Shown: positions 33,488 to 48,203 of the stretch, piece by piece
Layout: each line of letters starts with the position of its first letter
How positions within the stretch are numbered: position 1 is the stretch's first letter
Assembly (NCBI RefSeq): GCF_001194135.2
Contig: NC_068985.1
Coordinates: forward strand, 84,807,711-84,864,981
Length of the DNA stretch: 57,271 nt
Direction: 5' to 3'
Source: Octopus bimaculoides
Lineage: Eukaryota
Notes under the pieces: generated by a model
Databases searched by the model: none
What the model was told of the DNA's origin: nothing
The model's input: the letters and a program-made list of their open reading frames with translations, nothing else
Position numbers and translations under genes: made by a program

Positions 33488-35749
33488 AGCTAAGTAGCTA
33501 TTTTTATATTCATATATCAGTCAATTTCCACCCATCCATCTATGTCTAGCAGCATATTCATTGATCTGGAATTTTTAACTTTTGAAATTATCTTCCCCTT
33601 CTTAAGAGTCTCTAATAATTGCCACTAGGCTTTTCTTTTCTTACTCCAACTAAATGACATTAGGATAGTAAACTAGTAAAGCACCTTCTGAATACATACT
33701 TATGTTACAAGAATTTATTTTTAAACAGATGCTCAATAAACCTTAGTTTACCTTTTGTTTCACTATCATCTGCACCAGAGGCCTTAATGCTTTAGAAATA
33801 TGCATACCATATTAGGGTTGCTACAATTATACAGAAGCTAAAAGATTTGTGTATTCATGCAACAAAGGTTTTTTGGTTTATTCTGGCTGTTGAAGTAACA
33901 AAGTTTTTGGTGTGGCTATGTCTTGACATTATTCCTATTGATCTCCTTATGACACCTATAACTTTGGCAGGAGCATTTATAAATAAGAGCAAACATTTAA
34001 GATTATACCATAAAGATTTTTTTCCCCTCTTTTTGGATTTATGAATATTAGCACTGTTTGATATGTAATATATTGTATGTGTTGATGCAATTGTTTTCTA
34101 ATGCATCTTTATAATAATGAGAAACATGATAAAAAGATTCCTCAACATCATTTTTTAATGATATTACATAATTCTTAGGATTGTTGGACAGATTGTTGGG
34201 ATTTTAAATTAATGTACTACAACTTCTCATGAAGTTACCAGTAACTATATATAAGAAATTGATTATACTTAGATTTGTATTAATCCTAATTATTATTAAA
34301 GCTGTTGCCTTGACTATGTTGATAAGATTCTTTCTAACTGTAACCAGTGTATAGTCATTCGTGTCTCACAAAGTGTATAATTCTTCATCACAATAAAGAC
34401 CAAACTTATAGGAGTGGAAACTCTTCTGAAGTAATGATCCTATCAATTCACAACCTTTTGCCCTTCATACAATTCCATGATACATCAAATAATACTTTCC
34501 ACCTATATTTAACTGAGAAAGAATTATTAAAGGATAGAAAATATTTTTTAGTGTGTATAAAGACTAGAATAAAAACCATCTACCAAAAGTTATTTTGCTT
34601 TTTGAGAAGAAAGTTGATTGCAAATGGATATAGATAGAACACTACTATATCAAACTACATGGGTATACAACAGCATTTATTTTCTATGTTAATGATGTAT
34701 TGATGAGAGATACACATATATTCCACAACAGAGGAGTTAAAAATGATTGAATCTAAATTATTTTTACTGACTATACTTAATTCACTTCTGGTTACATTTA
34801 TTAATCTGCATTTGGAATTAGTAAGAAAATTATATTTATAAGCCTTAAATGTAATGTATGGCTGCTTGTAAAGTTAAAAATTTTATTCTTTTATTTTATA
34901 AAAAAGATAGAGATAATTGTATGTATGTATGTATGTATGTATGCATGTATGTATGTATATATGGATGGATGGATATAGATGGATGTACACATATTCATAT
35001 ATACATATATAAATTATGCATTCATGTATACATATATATTTCACGCACAAAATTCATTCTGCCACTTATCATGAGGAAGCTACACAGCTAACAACCTAAA
35101 CTTTAGCCACTGGACTACATACAAACGACTCCTGTCCACTCTCCCACCAGACAGATTAAATTTGGAGTACCTTGATTATAACTAAACATATTCACTCAAT
35201 TGTGTTGGCCTTCTTTTTAGGCACAAAATATACTGTCATGTGACACTAACGCATGAACATAGCAGGAAACTTGCAAAAGGTTTTAAACTAAATCATGTGT
35301 TCATTCTCTACAAACACTTGACAGGAAACATTCAGAGCATTGATTGTTTGGACATGTGCAGTCAACCATGTCAGCCTTAACTTACTATGCCAAACATTGT
35401 CACTTGATACTAACACACAGATATAGTGGGGAACCTACAAAAATTTTTAAGACCAGTCATGTGACTATCCTCTACCAATCAATCAAATCCTATTCAGAAC
35501 ATATACTAATTTGAGCCATGAACTCCCTATAAAAGCAGGGCAAGCTTCAAACACTGGTCAGAAGCAAGACAGCTATGACATAAGCCATGTTTTTTTCTAT
35601 TTGAACTTTTTGAAAATCAGTGTGAAAACTGTGAAACCGGTTAAAGCTTTAAATATGTTAATAATTAAAAATGTTTTAACTATTCTCAGTGCATTTTCAA
35701 CTTCTACTTTTCCTATATCTCTACCAGTGTGAAATAAAATAACTATACC

Positions 35750-35948
35750 CTTTACTCTTTTCAGTCATTTTGACTGTGGCCATGCTGGAGCACTGCCTTT
35801 AGTCAAGCAAATCGACCCCAGTACTTATTCCTTGTAAGTCTAGTACTTATTCTATTGGTCTCTTTTGCCAAACTGCTAAGTTATGGGGACGTAAACACAC
35901 CAGCATCGGTTGTCAAGCAATGTTGGGGGAACAAACACATTCACATAA

Positions 35949-35983
<35 letters not shown>
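35750..35983 (-). mobile_element. Major SINE 3' half, cut by gap
   Basis: Near-identical to 6820-7020. Confidence 0.85.
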
Positions 35984-36430
35984 NNNNNNNNNNNNNNNNN
36001 NNNNNNNNNNNNNNNNNNNNNNNNNNNNNNNNNNNNNNNNNNNNNNNNNNNNNNNNNNNNNNNNNNNNNNNNNNNNNNNNNNNNNNNNNNNNNNNNNNNN
36101 NNNNNNNNNNNNNNNNNNNNNNNNNNNNNNNNNNNNNNNNNNNNNNNNNNNNNNNNNNNNNNNNNNNNNNNNNNNNNNNNNNNNNNNNNNNNNNNNNNNN
36201 NNNNNNNNNNNNNNNNNNNNNNNNNNNNNNNNNNNNNNNNNNNNNNNNNNNNNNNNNNNNNNNNNNNNNNNNNNNNNNNNNNNNNNNNNNNNNNNNNNNN
36301 NNNNNNNNNNNNNNNNNNNNNNNNNNNNNNNNNNNNNNNNNNNNNNNNNNNNNNNNNNNNNNNNNNNNNNNNNNNNNNNNNNNNNNNNNNNNNNNNNNNN
36401 NNNNNNNNNNNNNNNNNNNNNNNNNNNNNN

Positions 36431-36682
36431 TTATAGCAGTACGTACATTTCATACAAACTTCATTTATTCATGTAGTGAGAACACTACATAAAATGTGCA
36501 ATGAAAACGTACATGATATTTTTTCTTCTCTTACTCTTGTTTTTTTGCACACATCTACAAAATGACTTTCTAAAATGAAATTCCATTATGCAGCTGAGGA
36601 GTACATTTTCATCGCACATTTTATATAGTGTTCTCACTACATGAATAAATGAAGTTTGTATGAAATGTACATACTGCTATAA
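36431..36682. repeat. 82-bp inverted repeat (78/82) with 88-bp spacer
   Basis: 36431-36512 versus 36601-36682. Confidence 0.9.
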
Positions 36683-37924
36683 CCTATTGAATTTTTGTTG
36701 CTTTTCTTCAAATATATATATATATATATATAAATTTGCATGTATGTATGTGTACACACACTAGCATGCATACATATACATCTTTCTTTTGTCTTATTTT
36801 CAATATACACCCCTCATCTCTTGAATAATTTGCATATATTAGTATTTGTATTGAAACACAAGCACCTACGTTTTCTTTCCCTTTTTTTGTGTTCAATCTT
36901 CTTTCCTAGCTTTCAGTTTTATCTTCTTTCATCATCACCACTGCTACTATGACTAACATCATCATCTCTAAAGTCTGTTGGCATGTTTTGTGGTTTGAGA
37001 GAGGGATGACATGGACGCCACAGGAAAATTTATTTTAGAAAAAATATGGTAGGCAGACAGAGCTGCAAAATAGTGCAATAAAGACTGAGAGAAAGAAAGA
37101 GAAAGAGAGAGGCAGGGGTGTTAGGAGGCAGAGAAAGAGAGAGAGAGAAAGAGACAAGACAGATAGACTGATAAAGTAACAGAAAGAGAGAGCTTATAGA
37201 AGAGGGGTAAGCATACCTGACATAGTCAAAAAGAGATGAGATGAAAGCAAAGAAATGTCAGAAACCACCAAACGAACCAAAACCCACCTTTCTGCAACCA
37301 ACGAACCATCCTCCCAGCCAATCATTCAAGCATGCAATATACCAGCCAACCAACCAACCAAGAACCAACCAACCAACCAACCGACCAGCCAGCCATACAG
37401 TCAACCAGCAGCCCACAAAAAAAAAAAAGCAATAAATACATGCAACTAACGTTCTACCCCAAATCCACCAATAGACCATGCAACTAACCGTCTAGCAAAT
37501 CATTTCTTCATACATACATACATACATATATATATACATATGTATACATAAACCTATTCTGTCTCTAACTAGCCAAAATAAAGCCAAATGTGAATCCGTG
37601 TGGAATGAACATCACAACATCGTTTTATTTCTGTCTTCCTTGATAATTTCTACTGTGTCATCATTATTGTGTTGTGTAAGAAATCAATACCGAGTTAGTA
37701 AATTTGTTAGCGGTGGTGACTGATGATGGCTGCAATGTGGTAAAGTCGTAAAAATTAGAAAAAGACATAGAGAGGCAATCAAGGAGAGTGGTCTGGGACA
37801 GGCAAGGATGAGAAGGAGGAGGAGGAGGAGGACCTGGCAGGGTAATAGTGGGAGTGAGAAAGTGTGTGTGTGTCCTCCTCCCCACTCTATGCAACTCTTC
37901 TCTTTTGTTTCACTTTTATTAAAG

Positions 37925-38022
37925 AGAGGGAGAAGGAGAGAGGGAAAGAGGGAGAAGGAGAGAGGGAAAGAGGGAGAAGGAGAGAGGGAAAGAGGGAGAA
38001 GGAGAGAGGGAAAGAGGGAGAG
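37925..38022. repeat. Purine-only 22-bp minisatellite, ~4.4 copies
   Basis: (AGAGGGAGAAGGAGAGAGGGAA)n. Confidence 0.9.
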
Positions 38023-38417
38023 GGATTGTGTGTATGTGTTTGGTAGAAAGTGTAGGAAATTGAGTGGGAGTAAAATTTTGGTGACAAAGAGAAATGACCC
38101 CTTTCCTTCTCTTAGTCTTTTTCTTTTCTTCTTTTCCGCTCTATAAGAAAGGATGAATAATGATAGAGAGGAAGTGTGAGATAGATAGATAGATAGATAG
38201 ATAGAGAAAGAGAGAGATGAGTGTGAGTGAGAAAGAGAAAAGAGTAGGTGAGAGGCTTGATTGAGAGAGAATGTTATGACATTGAGAGTGATGAAAGTAG
38301 AGATGAAAGAGAGAGAAATTGTAGAGAAATGTCTTATTCTATCTTCTTGTTAGAAAAGGAAGGAAGAAGAGGGATGGAGAGATAGAGATATATGTATATA
38401 TATATATATATACATAC

Positions 38418-38459
<42 letters not shown>

Positions 38460-38561
38460 TGAGTGATAGAGGTAAGTACCAAAAAAATTGTCAGACACAA
38501 ATAGAGAGGGTGAGAGAGAGAGAGAGAAGGAGAGAGAGAAGGAGAGAGAGAGATTAATGGG

Positions 38562-38593
<32 letters not shown>

Positions 38594-38762
38594 CAAACAG
38601 ATTATGTGATATATGTATATATAGGAAGAGACTGAGAGACAGGTAGACATTGTGATATAGAAAGAAAAGGCGTGAGAAAGAGAGACATATAGACTAGCAG
38701 TAAGACATTGTAGGAGAGATTGGCTAAAGGACACTCAGAGATTATATGAGAGGCAGAGATAA

Positions 38763-38805
<43 letters not shown>

Positions 38806-38850
38806 TAGGTGAGTAAAAATAGATACAGAAATAGACTAAAAGGTAAATGG

Positions 38851-38886
<36 letters not shown>

Positions 38887-39299
38887 GAGAGAGTCTTAAA
38901 GAGTAAAAGATATAGAGAGAGAAAGAAATAGACAAAGAAAATGATGGTAGCGGTGGTGATGGTGGGGGTGGTGACGGCAGCAGTAGCGGTCGTGGTAGAT
39001 GTGGTGGTCGTGGTAGTACTGTTTAGTTTTTTTTTCTTGTTTTTTTTGTTTTGTTTTTTCCCAAACTTCAAGTTGGACTGGTAATGATGTGCAAGAGATT
39101 GCAGTTGCAATCGGCCTGCATCTGCTAGCCATACTGCACCACCATATCTCAAATCCCATCCTACCCGACCCGACCAACACCCTCCCANNNNNNNNNNNNN
39201 NNNNNNNNNNNNNNNNNNNNNNNNNNNNNNNNNNNNNNNNNNNNNNNNNNNNNNNNNNNNNNNNNNNNNGGTTACTATGTGTCCCTGCCTTAGTAAAAA

Positions 39300-39800
39300 C
39301 TGATCAGGATAGTAGTAGTAGTAGTAGTAGTAGAAATAGTAGTGGTGGTGGTGGTGTTGGCAGCAGTGACACCACCACCACTACTACTACTACCAACATC
39401 ACTAGCAGCACCAACTGCCATTGCATCAACTGCAGCAATGGCCAGACATGAATATCACCAACACCAACACTAACACCACTACCCTACTACTGGCACCAAC
39501 ACCAACATTGCAAGTAACAACACTGCTATCATTTCTAATACTGCTACCATTTCCATCATCATCGTCATCATCATCGTTATCATCATTATCATCATCATCA
39601 TCATCATCATCATCATCGTTATCATCGTTATCATCGTCATCATCATCATCGTCGTCATCATCATCATCGTCGTTATCATCATTATCATCATCATCATCGT
39701 CGTTATCATCGTCGTCATCATCATCATCATCGTCGTCATCATCATCATCATCGTTATCATCATTGTCGTCGTCATCATCATCATCATCGTTATCATCATT

Positions 39801-39833
<33 letters not shown>

Positions 39834-42233
39834 GTCATCATCATCATCATCATCATCGTCATCATCATCATCATCACCGTTATCATCATTATCATCATCA
39901 TCATCATCATCATTATCATCATCATCATCATCATCATCGTCGTTATCATCGTCGTCATCATCATTATCATCATCATCATCATCATCATCATTGTTATCAT
40001 CATCACCACTGCCATCTCTGATGCCACCGTCGCTGAAATCAGTAATGTCACCAGCACCACCACCACCACCAGTGCTAAGATCGCTAACATTACCAACATC
40101 ACTAAGTCCATCATCAACTTCCCCCAGCTTCACCACCATCAGCAGCATCATCACAATCACCATCACCTTCATTAATTTCACCAATATCAATGAGGCCATC
40201 ATCACCATCGCCAACACCAGTATCCCCAAATCCCCACAATCATCAACATCATCATCATCATCATCATCATAAGCATCATCATCATCATCATCACCAACAT
40301 CATCACCATCACCACTGTTGTGAATAGCCATCGCTAATGCCCATCACAGCTACCATTCTACCATTTCCACTAGCACCATCCTTACTATCAGCAAAACACT
40401 GCAATGTCCAGCATCACCATCACCACCAATAATACCATTATCAACCATTGGCAGCAGCAGCAGTACCATCACCAGCATCACCAGCATCACCAACAGTGAA
40501 TGTCACTCCCATTGCCAATGCCATCCCCACCAACACCATCATAGATACCAACCATCACCATCACCATCATCATCATCAAGACTCGTCTCTACAACCAATG
40601 TGAGAACAAATAAAATGCAGCAGAAACAGCCACCCACACTCTATCACCAATGACACAACATCTCCACCNNNNNNNNNNNNNNNNNNNNNNNNNNNNNNNN
40701 NNNNNNNNACCCATACTACTACTACGACCAACACCAACACCTTTGCCAGCAGCAATGATTCCACCAATGCCACCACCACTACCCCTACTACTAATACCAT
40801 GACTGCCGCCCCCCCCTCACCCCGATGCCTCTACGAAACAACAATGTCGCAACACACCTCTGCCACCACTACCAATACTACAATCACCCACACCAGCAAG
40901 AATGACACACCACTTCCAATACTACTACCCATACTACTACTACGACCAACACCAACACCTTTGCCAGCAGCAATGATTCCACCAATGCCACCACCACTAC
41001 CACTACTACTGCTACTACTACCACTACCAGACTCACTGCTGATCAGAGAATTGCTCAACAACAACAACAACACCAACAACAACAATTACACAACTACCAA
41101 GACTGCCACTACTATCACTCACACCAGCGCCATTATTAACACCACTACAACTACCTCCCATACCCCAGAACAGATGACACCACTGCCAATACCACCACTA
41201 CTACTAGTAATAATAATTACACCATTACTACCACCTGTACCACCACACTCCAATTACCACTGCTACTACTATAACACCAACTGTATTAGTACTACCACCA
41301 ACACCACTGCAAGAGGCAGTCATATAAACACCACCATCACTACTACGATAATACCAGTGACAGTAGTACTACTACCAAAACCACAACAACATGCTGTTAT
41401 AATCAACATCACTACTGCCTACACCACTTTCACTACTACAACCAAAACACCAACGTCTGAAGCACTACCATCAACACTACTGCAAGAGACAGTCATATGA
41501 ATACCACCAGTACTACTACTACCAATACCACCTCCAACACTGCCAACACCATCTCCAACACTACTACCACTTTGACTACAACACCAAATACAATAACACT
41601 ACCACCAGCACCAATGCAAGAGACATTCATACAAGCACCACTAGTACCACCTCTGCCAATACTATTTCCTGTACTACAACATGTACTTGCTACTATACAA
41701 CAGAGAGAGACAGTTATACAGTCACTAGTGGTACTACTACCGTCTGCGCTATGACCTTTACTATCAATAAACAATACCACAAGAATAAGTTGTCATTGCC
41801 CAAACCACCACTTCTATTACAACCACCACTACTATATAAGCAACACCACCAATTGCAGTAGCTCTACCATCAGTACCACTGCAAGAGGCATTTGCAGCAA
41901 ACGCCACCGTCACGCTAACAACAGCAACATCACCATCATCATCATCATCATCATCACCAATGTCAATTGCTCCAAATGATGACGACGACGACCACCATCA
42001 CCACCACCAACAACAACAGCAACAGCAGTATCACCATCATAGTCATCAACATGAATTGCTCAAATGAGCACCGCCACCACCACCACCACCGCCACTGCCA
42101 CCACTACATCCACTGCCACTAATCACATCAATGCTAATAGCAACTACCAACACATCAGCAACATTCCTTCCAGCATTATCATCCCCCACCCATCCTCCTA
42201 CCCACCCACACACACACACCATACACCCACACC

Positions 42234-42268
<35 letters not shown>

Positions 42269-42958
42269 GATGCCAACATAACCATCACCACCGTCGTCGT
42301 CATCATCATCATCATCATCACCATTAACATCATCATCATCATCATCACCATTAACATCATCATCATCATCATCACCATTAACATCATCATCATCTTCGTC
42401 TCCCCACCTCTGCCATCCCCCCTACAATAACAACCACTCCAACACTATCACCACTGCCGCCTACAACACCTTAAAAAAACAGCCAGATCAGCACCAGCTA
42501 CATAATTACTACTACCACCACCACCATCACCACCTCCATCATCATCATCATCATCACTACCATCACCACCATCGTCAGCATTGTCATCATAACTACCACC
42601 ACTACCACCACCACCATCATCATCATCACAAGCGACAACAATAACAGCAACATCAACAGGCTAACCTTCATGTGGTTGCTCAATCTGCTAGAAATAGTAG
42701 CTACACCTCCCTCAAATTGCATCCAGCCATCTTTAAAAATAGAAAAGGAAATATTGGCTAATATGGTTTTAGATACCCATAAAAAAAAGAGGGGATGGTC
42801 ATGGAAGGAATTCTTTAAATTGTAGTTCTGTTGTATTAAGGGTTGGCCTGGAGGGGGGAGGGCGCTAAACTGCAACGACTTCACTGTGAAAATCACCGAA
42901 GCAAACAAGTATCACCACTATCATCACCACAAGCAGCACTACCATACATCATCAGCAG

Positions 42959-42991
<33 letters not shown>

Positions 42992-44514
42992 AACTGATAT
43001 CACCAAACTCCATCATCATGCCCAACGTCATCACAAACATCATCATTATCTTCATCATCACCAACAACAATTATATAGCTGCTGCAATTACTACCAACAC
43101 CCAGTACTGTTGATGACACTACTACCACCACCACCACCACCACCACCACCACCACCACCACCACCACCACCATCCCTTCAATTCCACTACGATCTCTAAC
43201 ACTACTACCAACTCCCAACATCACCATTATTAGCAACACCACCACCACTGCTACTAGCATCACCATCGCTAACACGACTACCAATCCGACCGTCACCAGC
43301 ATTACTACTAACACCATCATCTTTTGCTAACATTACTACCACCACTACAACAACCACCACCACCACCACTACCACCACCAGCATCGCTAAAACTACTATC
43401 AGCACCACCATCACCACCAACATTAATACTACTACCAACACAACAGCAACCAGCATTAACACTATAACCGACATCATCACCAATGACAGCAACACTGGCA
43501 CCAATGCCACCGTCACCACTAATGCTAACGCTACAGTACCACCACCACCACCACCATCACCACTGTTAACACTCCAACCGACACCATTACTTACACCAAC
43601 ATCACCGCCACTACCATCGACTCCATGACTGTGTCTAACACTACCGCGAACACCACCACCACACCACTCCCATCACTAACAACACTACTGCAACCAATGC
43701 CAGCACTACCAATATCATCACCATCACCATCGTGGGGCACCCATGTGTCTTCTTGTTTCNNNNNNNNNNNNNNNNNNNNNNNNNNNNNNNNNNNNNNCCA
43801 TTCAGTTATCAATTGACACCAACCATACCATCATCATCGTCATCATCATAAGGACCGACAGCAACGGTAGTAACACCAACAGCAACAACACTACCACCGC
43901 ACTCACCAACACCAATACAAAGCTACTACTACTATTACTACTACTACAACTACTACTACTACTGCCAACACTAACCAACAACAGCTACACTATGATTGTC
44001 AACTATGCCACCATATCTGCTACTATCACCCACACCACCAACACAACTACTGCAACTACTATTACTACTACTATTACCACCACTACCACCATTGCCACCT
44101 CTACTACTATTACTACTACTACTACTAACTCCATCATGACCACCACCAAAAATGAACTATTACCAACACCAGCACTGCCGCCAACATCAACAGCAAAGCC
44201 GCAATCACCACCTCCATCACCTTTACCACTAATACGGCTACTATCGCCAGCACCACCACAACCATAATTACCACTAATGTTGCTACTGTCACCAGTAGCA
44301 ATACCGCCGCCATCATCACCAATAATACTACTACTACTATCACCAACACCAACACCACAATCACCACTAATACTACTAGAATCATCACCACCACCACCAT
44401 CAGTACCGATATGGGCACCAACATTAAAACCAGCACCAACACACGCAACACTACAATGATTATGACCAAACTGACTCCCACCTCCAAGACCAAGGAACAA
44501 CGCAAAACGCCAGC
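39300..44514. repeat. 5-kb cryptic trinucleotide domain (CAT/CAC/CAA/TAC) with a long (CAT)n core
   Basis: Strong C/A strand skew, near-pure (CAT)n at 39550-40010, and three internal gaps. Confidence 0.9.
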
Positions 44515-45767
44515 NNNNNNNNNNNNNNNNNNNNNNNNNNNNNNNNNNNNNNNNNNNNNNNNNNNNNNNNNNNNNNNNNNNNNNNNNNNNNNNNNNNNNN
44601 NNNNNNNNNNNNNNNNNNNNNNNNNNNNNNNNNNNNNNNNNNNNNNNNNNNNNNNNNNNNNNNNNNNNNNNNNNNNNNNNNNNNNNNNNNNNNNNNNNNN
44701 NNNNNNNNNNNNNNNNNNNNNNNNNNNNNNNNNNNNNNNNNNNNNNNNNNNNNNNNNNNNNNNNNNNNNNNNNNNNNNNNNNNNNNNNNNNNNNNNNNNN
44801 NNNNNNNNNNNNNNNNNNNNNNNNNNNNNNNNNNNNNNNNNNNNNNNNNNNNNNNNNNNNNNNNNNNNNNNNNNNNNNNNNNNNNNNNNNNNNNNNNNNN
44901 NNNNNNNNNNNNNNNNNNNNNNNNNNNNNNNNNNNNNNNNNNNNNNNNNNNNNNNNNNNNNNNNNNNNNNNNNNNNNNNNNNNNNNNNNNNNNNNNNNNN
45001 NNNNGTACAGAAGGAAGAGATGTGGTTGTGGTAATGGTGATGGTGTTTGTGGTGATGGTGGTGGTCCTGGTTTTCATTGTAGTGGCGGTCCATGGTGATG
45101 GTTGGTGTCTTTGTTGTTGTGTTGTGGTAAGAGAAGGCAGAAGGGTAGGAGGTGAGGAGAAAAGATAACATGACCATAGGACCAAGTGAAGAAGGAGGAG
45201 GAGGAGGAGGACAAGTAGGAGAAAAGAGAAGAGAGAAGTGGAGAAAGAAACCAGAGAGATGGATGGAGGAGAAAAGATAGTAAATTTTTAGTAAAAAAAG
45301 AGAGGGGAAAGAAGAAGAAGAAGAAGACGAATGAAAGGAAGAAGGAGGACGATGAAGTCAGAGGAAGCTATGATGTATGGTAGGAGGAAAAAAAGAGGAA
45401 AGAGGAGTTAGAAAGAAAGGTGTTGGAGTGAGAAGAGATTGTGGGACCAAAAAATTGAAGAGAAGCCCGAGTGGGAGTTAATGAAGAAAAATAATTAGAA
45501 AAGAAAGATTATGAAATGAAAGAAACAAGATGAAGTGAAAGAAAGAAAAAGATAGATGAGGTAGGAAACATACAATAAAGAGGAAAAGTAGAATATGTTG
45601 GAGGAGGAGGAGGAAACAGAGAGACAAAGAGTAGTAGTAGTAGTCGTAGTATGAGGAACAGTAATAGTGGTAAGAGCATGAGGTGTTGGAGTAGGAGGGA
45701 AAAAGAGTGAGTAGCATATGTGACCCAGCTAGAGAAAAAGAAAGACAAGATACGAACCGACTTCTTT

Positions 45768-45800
<33 letters not shown>

Positions 45801-47112
45801 CAAGAGAGAGAGAAACAAGAGAGAGAGACAGATATATTTCCAAAATAAGCAACCAACAGTTGTATACCAATGACAACAAGCAAGCACAATAACAACGACA
45901 ACAACTATAGTGGCCAACAATAATGGCAGATATGGAAACGGAGAAAACAGAACACCTATGATTGCAAAAACAGCTGCAATGACAACCAAAAATGACCCAT
46001 AACCCTCTTTCCCCTCTGCTGCTTGTAACCTTCTTTCCTTCTTTGTCCTCTGCTTTCTCCTTCTCTGACCACTAACAACAAGTACTGCAAAAAAATAGTA
46101 AAGGTAGGAGTAGACTATGTATGAGAGTAGGAGGAACAGTTACCAATTATGCAATCTACTTTGCATATTACCATTTCGAAAAGCAACAAAACTTGTAGTT
46201 TCAAGGTTGAATATGCAAATTAGATTGCAAAAATTTAAATCAACCTTTTTCTTTTTTGTCTTTTTTTTCTTCAATAAATCAATTTATATATTTATTTATT
46301 TTTTTGTAGATTTTTGCTTCATTTTACTTTTTTTTTAATATTTTTCAAATACCTTCCATATTGGAATTTCAGAATGACTGACTATATGCTTCCGATTTTT
46401 TTTTTTTTTTTTTACAAAAATAAGAAAGTAAAAGAAATTCTACCAAGAAAATGAAATAGTTGATAATAATGATGATGATGATGATGATAAGGAGAAGGAG
46501 GAGGGGAGGAGGACAATTCTGTTGTTTAGGTTTGTTGTTTGATGTTGCTTTTTAGGGGTTTTTGTTTTCAAATTTTATTGTGAAAGGGTCAAAATGTGGT
46601 CCTTAATAATTTGAAAATCACTTTCTTTAGGATTTCTTAAATATTTTTGAAACATTCAAGAAATAACTGCTAAAAACGTTAAACAATACAAAAACCCTAA
46701 ACAGAACCAAAATAACAAGGGAAAATAACAGAAAATAATAATAATAATAATAATATAAAATGATTTGAAAGGAACATAAAAAATATGAAAGAAAATAAAA
46801 GAAATTAAAGAATTCGTTAAAAGCAAAAACAAAGCAAAATTTGGAGAAAAAATATATAGGTGAAATGATTTTAACTGATAAAATGAATGAAAATTGAAAT
46901 CAATTTCCATTGAAACTGTTAATATATCTTGTATGACTTCAGTTAAATATTTTGTACATACAACATAAAAATATACATACTTCGTTTTTGTTTTTTTTGT
47001 TTTTTTATATTTTACTGATATTTTTCACTACTTGATGGACGTATTACAAGAGTTGTAAAAATTTTTTATTTGAAGAAAATTCTCCATTTCAATCAAATAT
47101 ATTTTCTGTCAA

Positions 47113-47153
<41 letters not shown>

Positions 47154-47295
47154 TTGAAGGTGGTTGGTTGGTTTGTGTAGTCAGCAGCAAGCAACGGCTA
47201 ATGAATCAAGGTGTTCTTAAGCATTTTGATATTAACTTGAAATATGGTTTCATAACAAAAAGTGTTATGTATGTTCAGGTAGAAGCTTGATATAC

Positions 47296-47520
47296 AATAC
47301 AACCCATTAGCATTCAGATCACACTGTCAAATATAATGCTTATTTATTCACATTGATTTCAATATATCAGGCATTGTTATCTCATAGCTTCAAGATTCTA
47401 GCGATGTGATTGTTTATTTTTAGAATGACATTGAAGGGTAGGTATGAGAAGCTGGATCTGGCCAGTTTGGACATAAAACAGGTTAAATATTTTGGCTGGA
47501 GAGTTTAAATGTTAAAGTAA
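47296..47520. mobile_element. Possible piggyBac-type MITE (degenerate)
   Basis: The ends AACCCATTAGCATT and AATGTTAAAGTAA loosely resemble TTAA-CCCTTTAGCATT inverted termini. The family assignment is from memory only. Confidence 0.35.
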
Positions 47521-47643
47521 TAAATTTAAAAAATAGTCATGTAGAAAATGAGAATTATTTAGAAATACTGTTTGAAGCATATAATGTTTTACATATACTC
47601 TTCTCATATATACAGGGTTGGTCAAAAGTCACCTGACAGTAAA

Positions 47644-47845
47644 TACAGAGATGTACTTGCATAGCAAGTGACCTGCTCTGAGATCGTGTGCTGGAATGAA
47701 AGCAATTGCAGTGTGGAAGGTGTTTATAAGCCATTTAAGAAACTCACAAAAAAACCATTAGATTCACTTCAACATTTAAATTTAATTTGCCAAAATATTT
47801 TCATCGCTTTGAGACCACGAGCTGTTCACTGACAAAATTCTGTGC
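47644..47845. repeat. Second copy of the 7244-7430 family
   Basis: The shared block CCATTAGATTCACTTCAACATTTAAATT...AAAATATTTTCATCGCTTTGA is inverted relative to 7320-7390. Confidence 0.7.
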
Positions 47846-48203
47846 TACATCTGAGAAAGTAACAGTTAGTTCATGATATATATGTACGTATGTATGTGTG
47901 TATGTATGTATGTATGTATGTATGTGTACATGTATGTGCATATGCATATGTGTACATGCATATTCATGTGTGCATGCCTATACACATGTATGTATGTATG
48001 TATGCATGTATGTAAATATGTACGTATGTACTTATGTATGTACGTAAGTATTTAGGTAAGTGTGTGTACATGTCTGTGTGTGTGTGTACATGTGTGTGTA
48101 CATGTGAATGTATGTTTATGTACTGATATGTGTCTGTACAAGTTGTATACATGACTGTTACTTTGTTGAAAGTTGTATACACACACATATACATACATAC
48201 ATA

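Noticed and set aside
34347-34637. 96-aa ORF in unique AT-rich DNA
   Set aside because: Alternative start codon, no recognisable motif, and a length compatible with chance.
39062-39187. Possible exon or miRNA (GATTGCA-GT-TGCAATC hairpin after a polypyrimidine tract)
   Set aside because: The stem is only 7 bp, no donor site is visible before the gap, and no frame gives a recognisable peptide.
39426-40331. 301-aa poly-Asp ORF resembling acidic biomineralisation proteins (and poly-Ser / poly-Met ORFs in other frames)
   Set aside because: These are direct readouts of a (CAT)n microsatellite, open in several frames at once, with no signal peptide or splice context.
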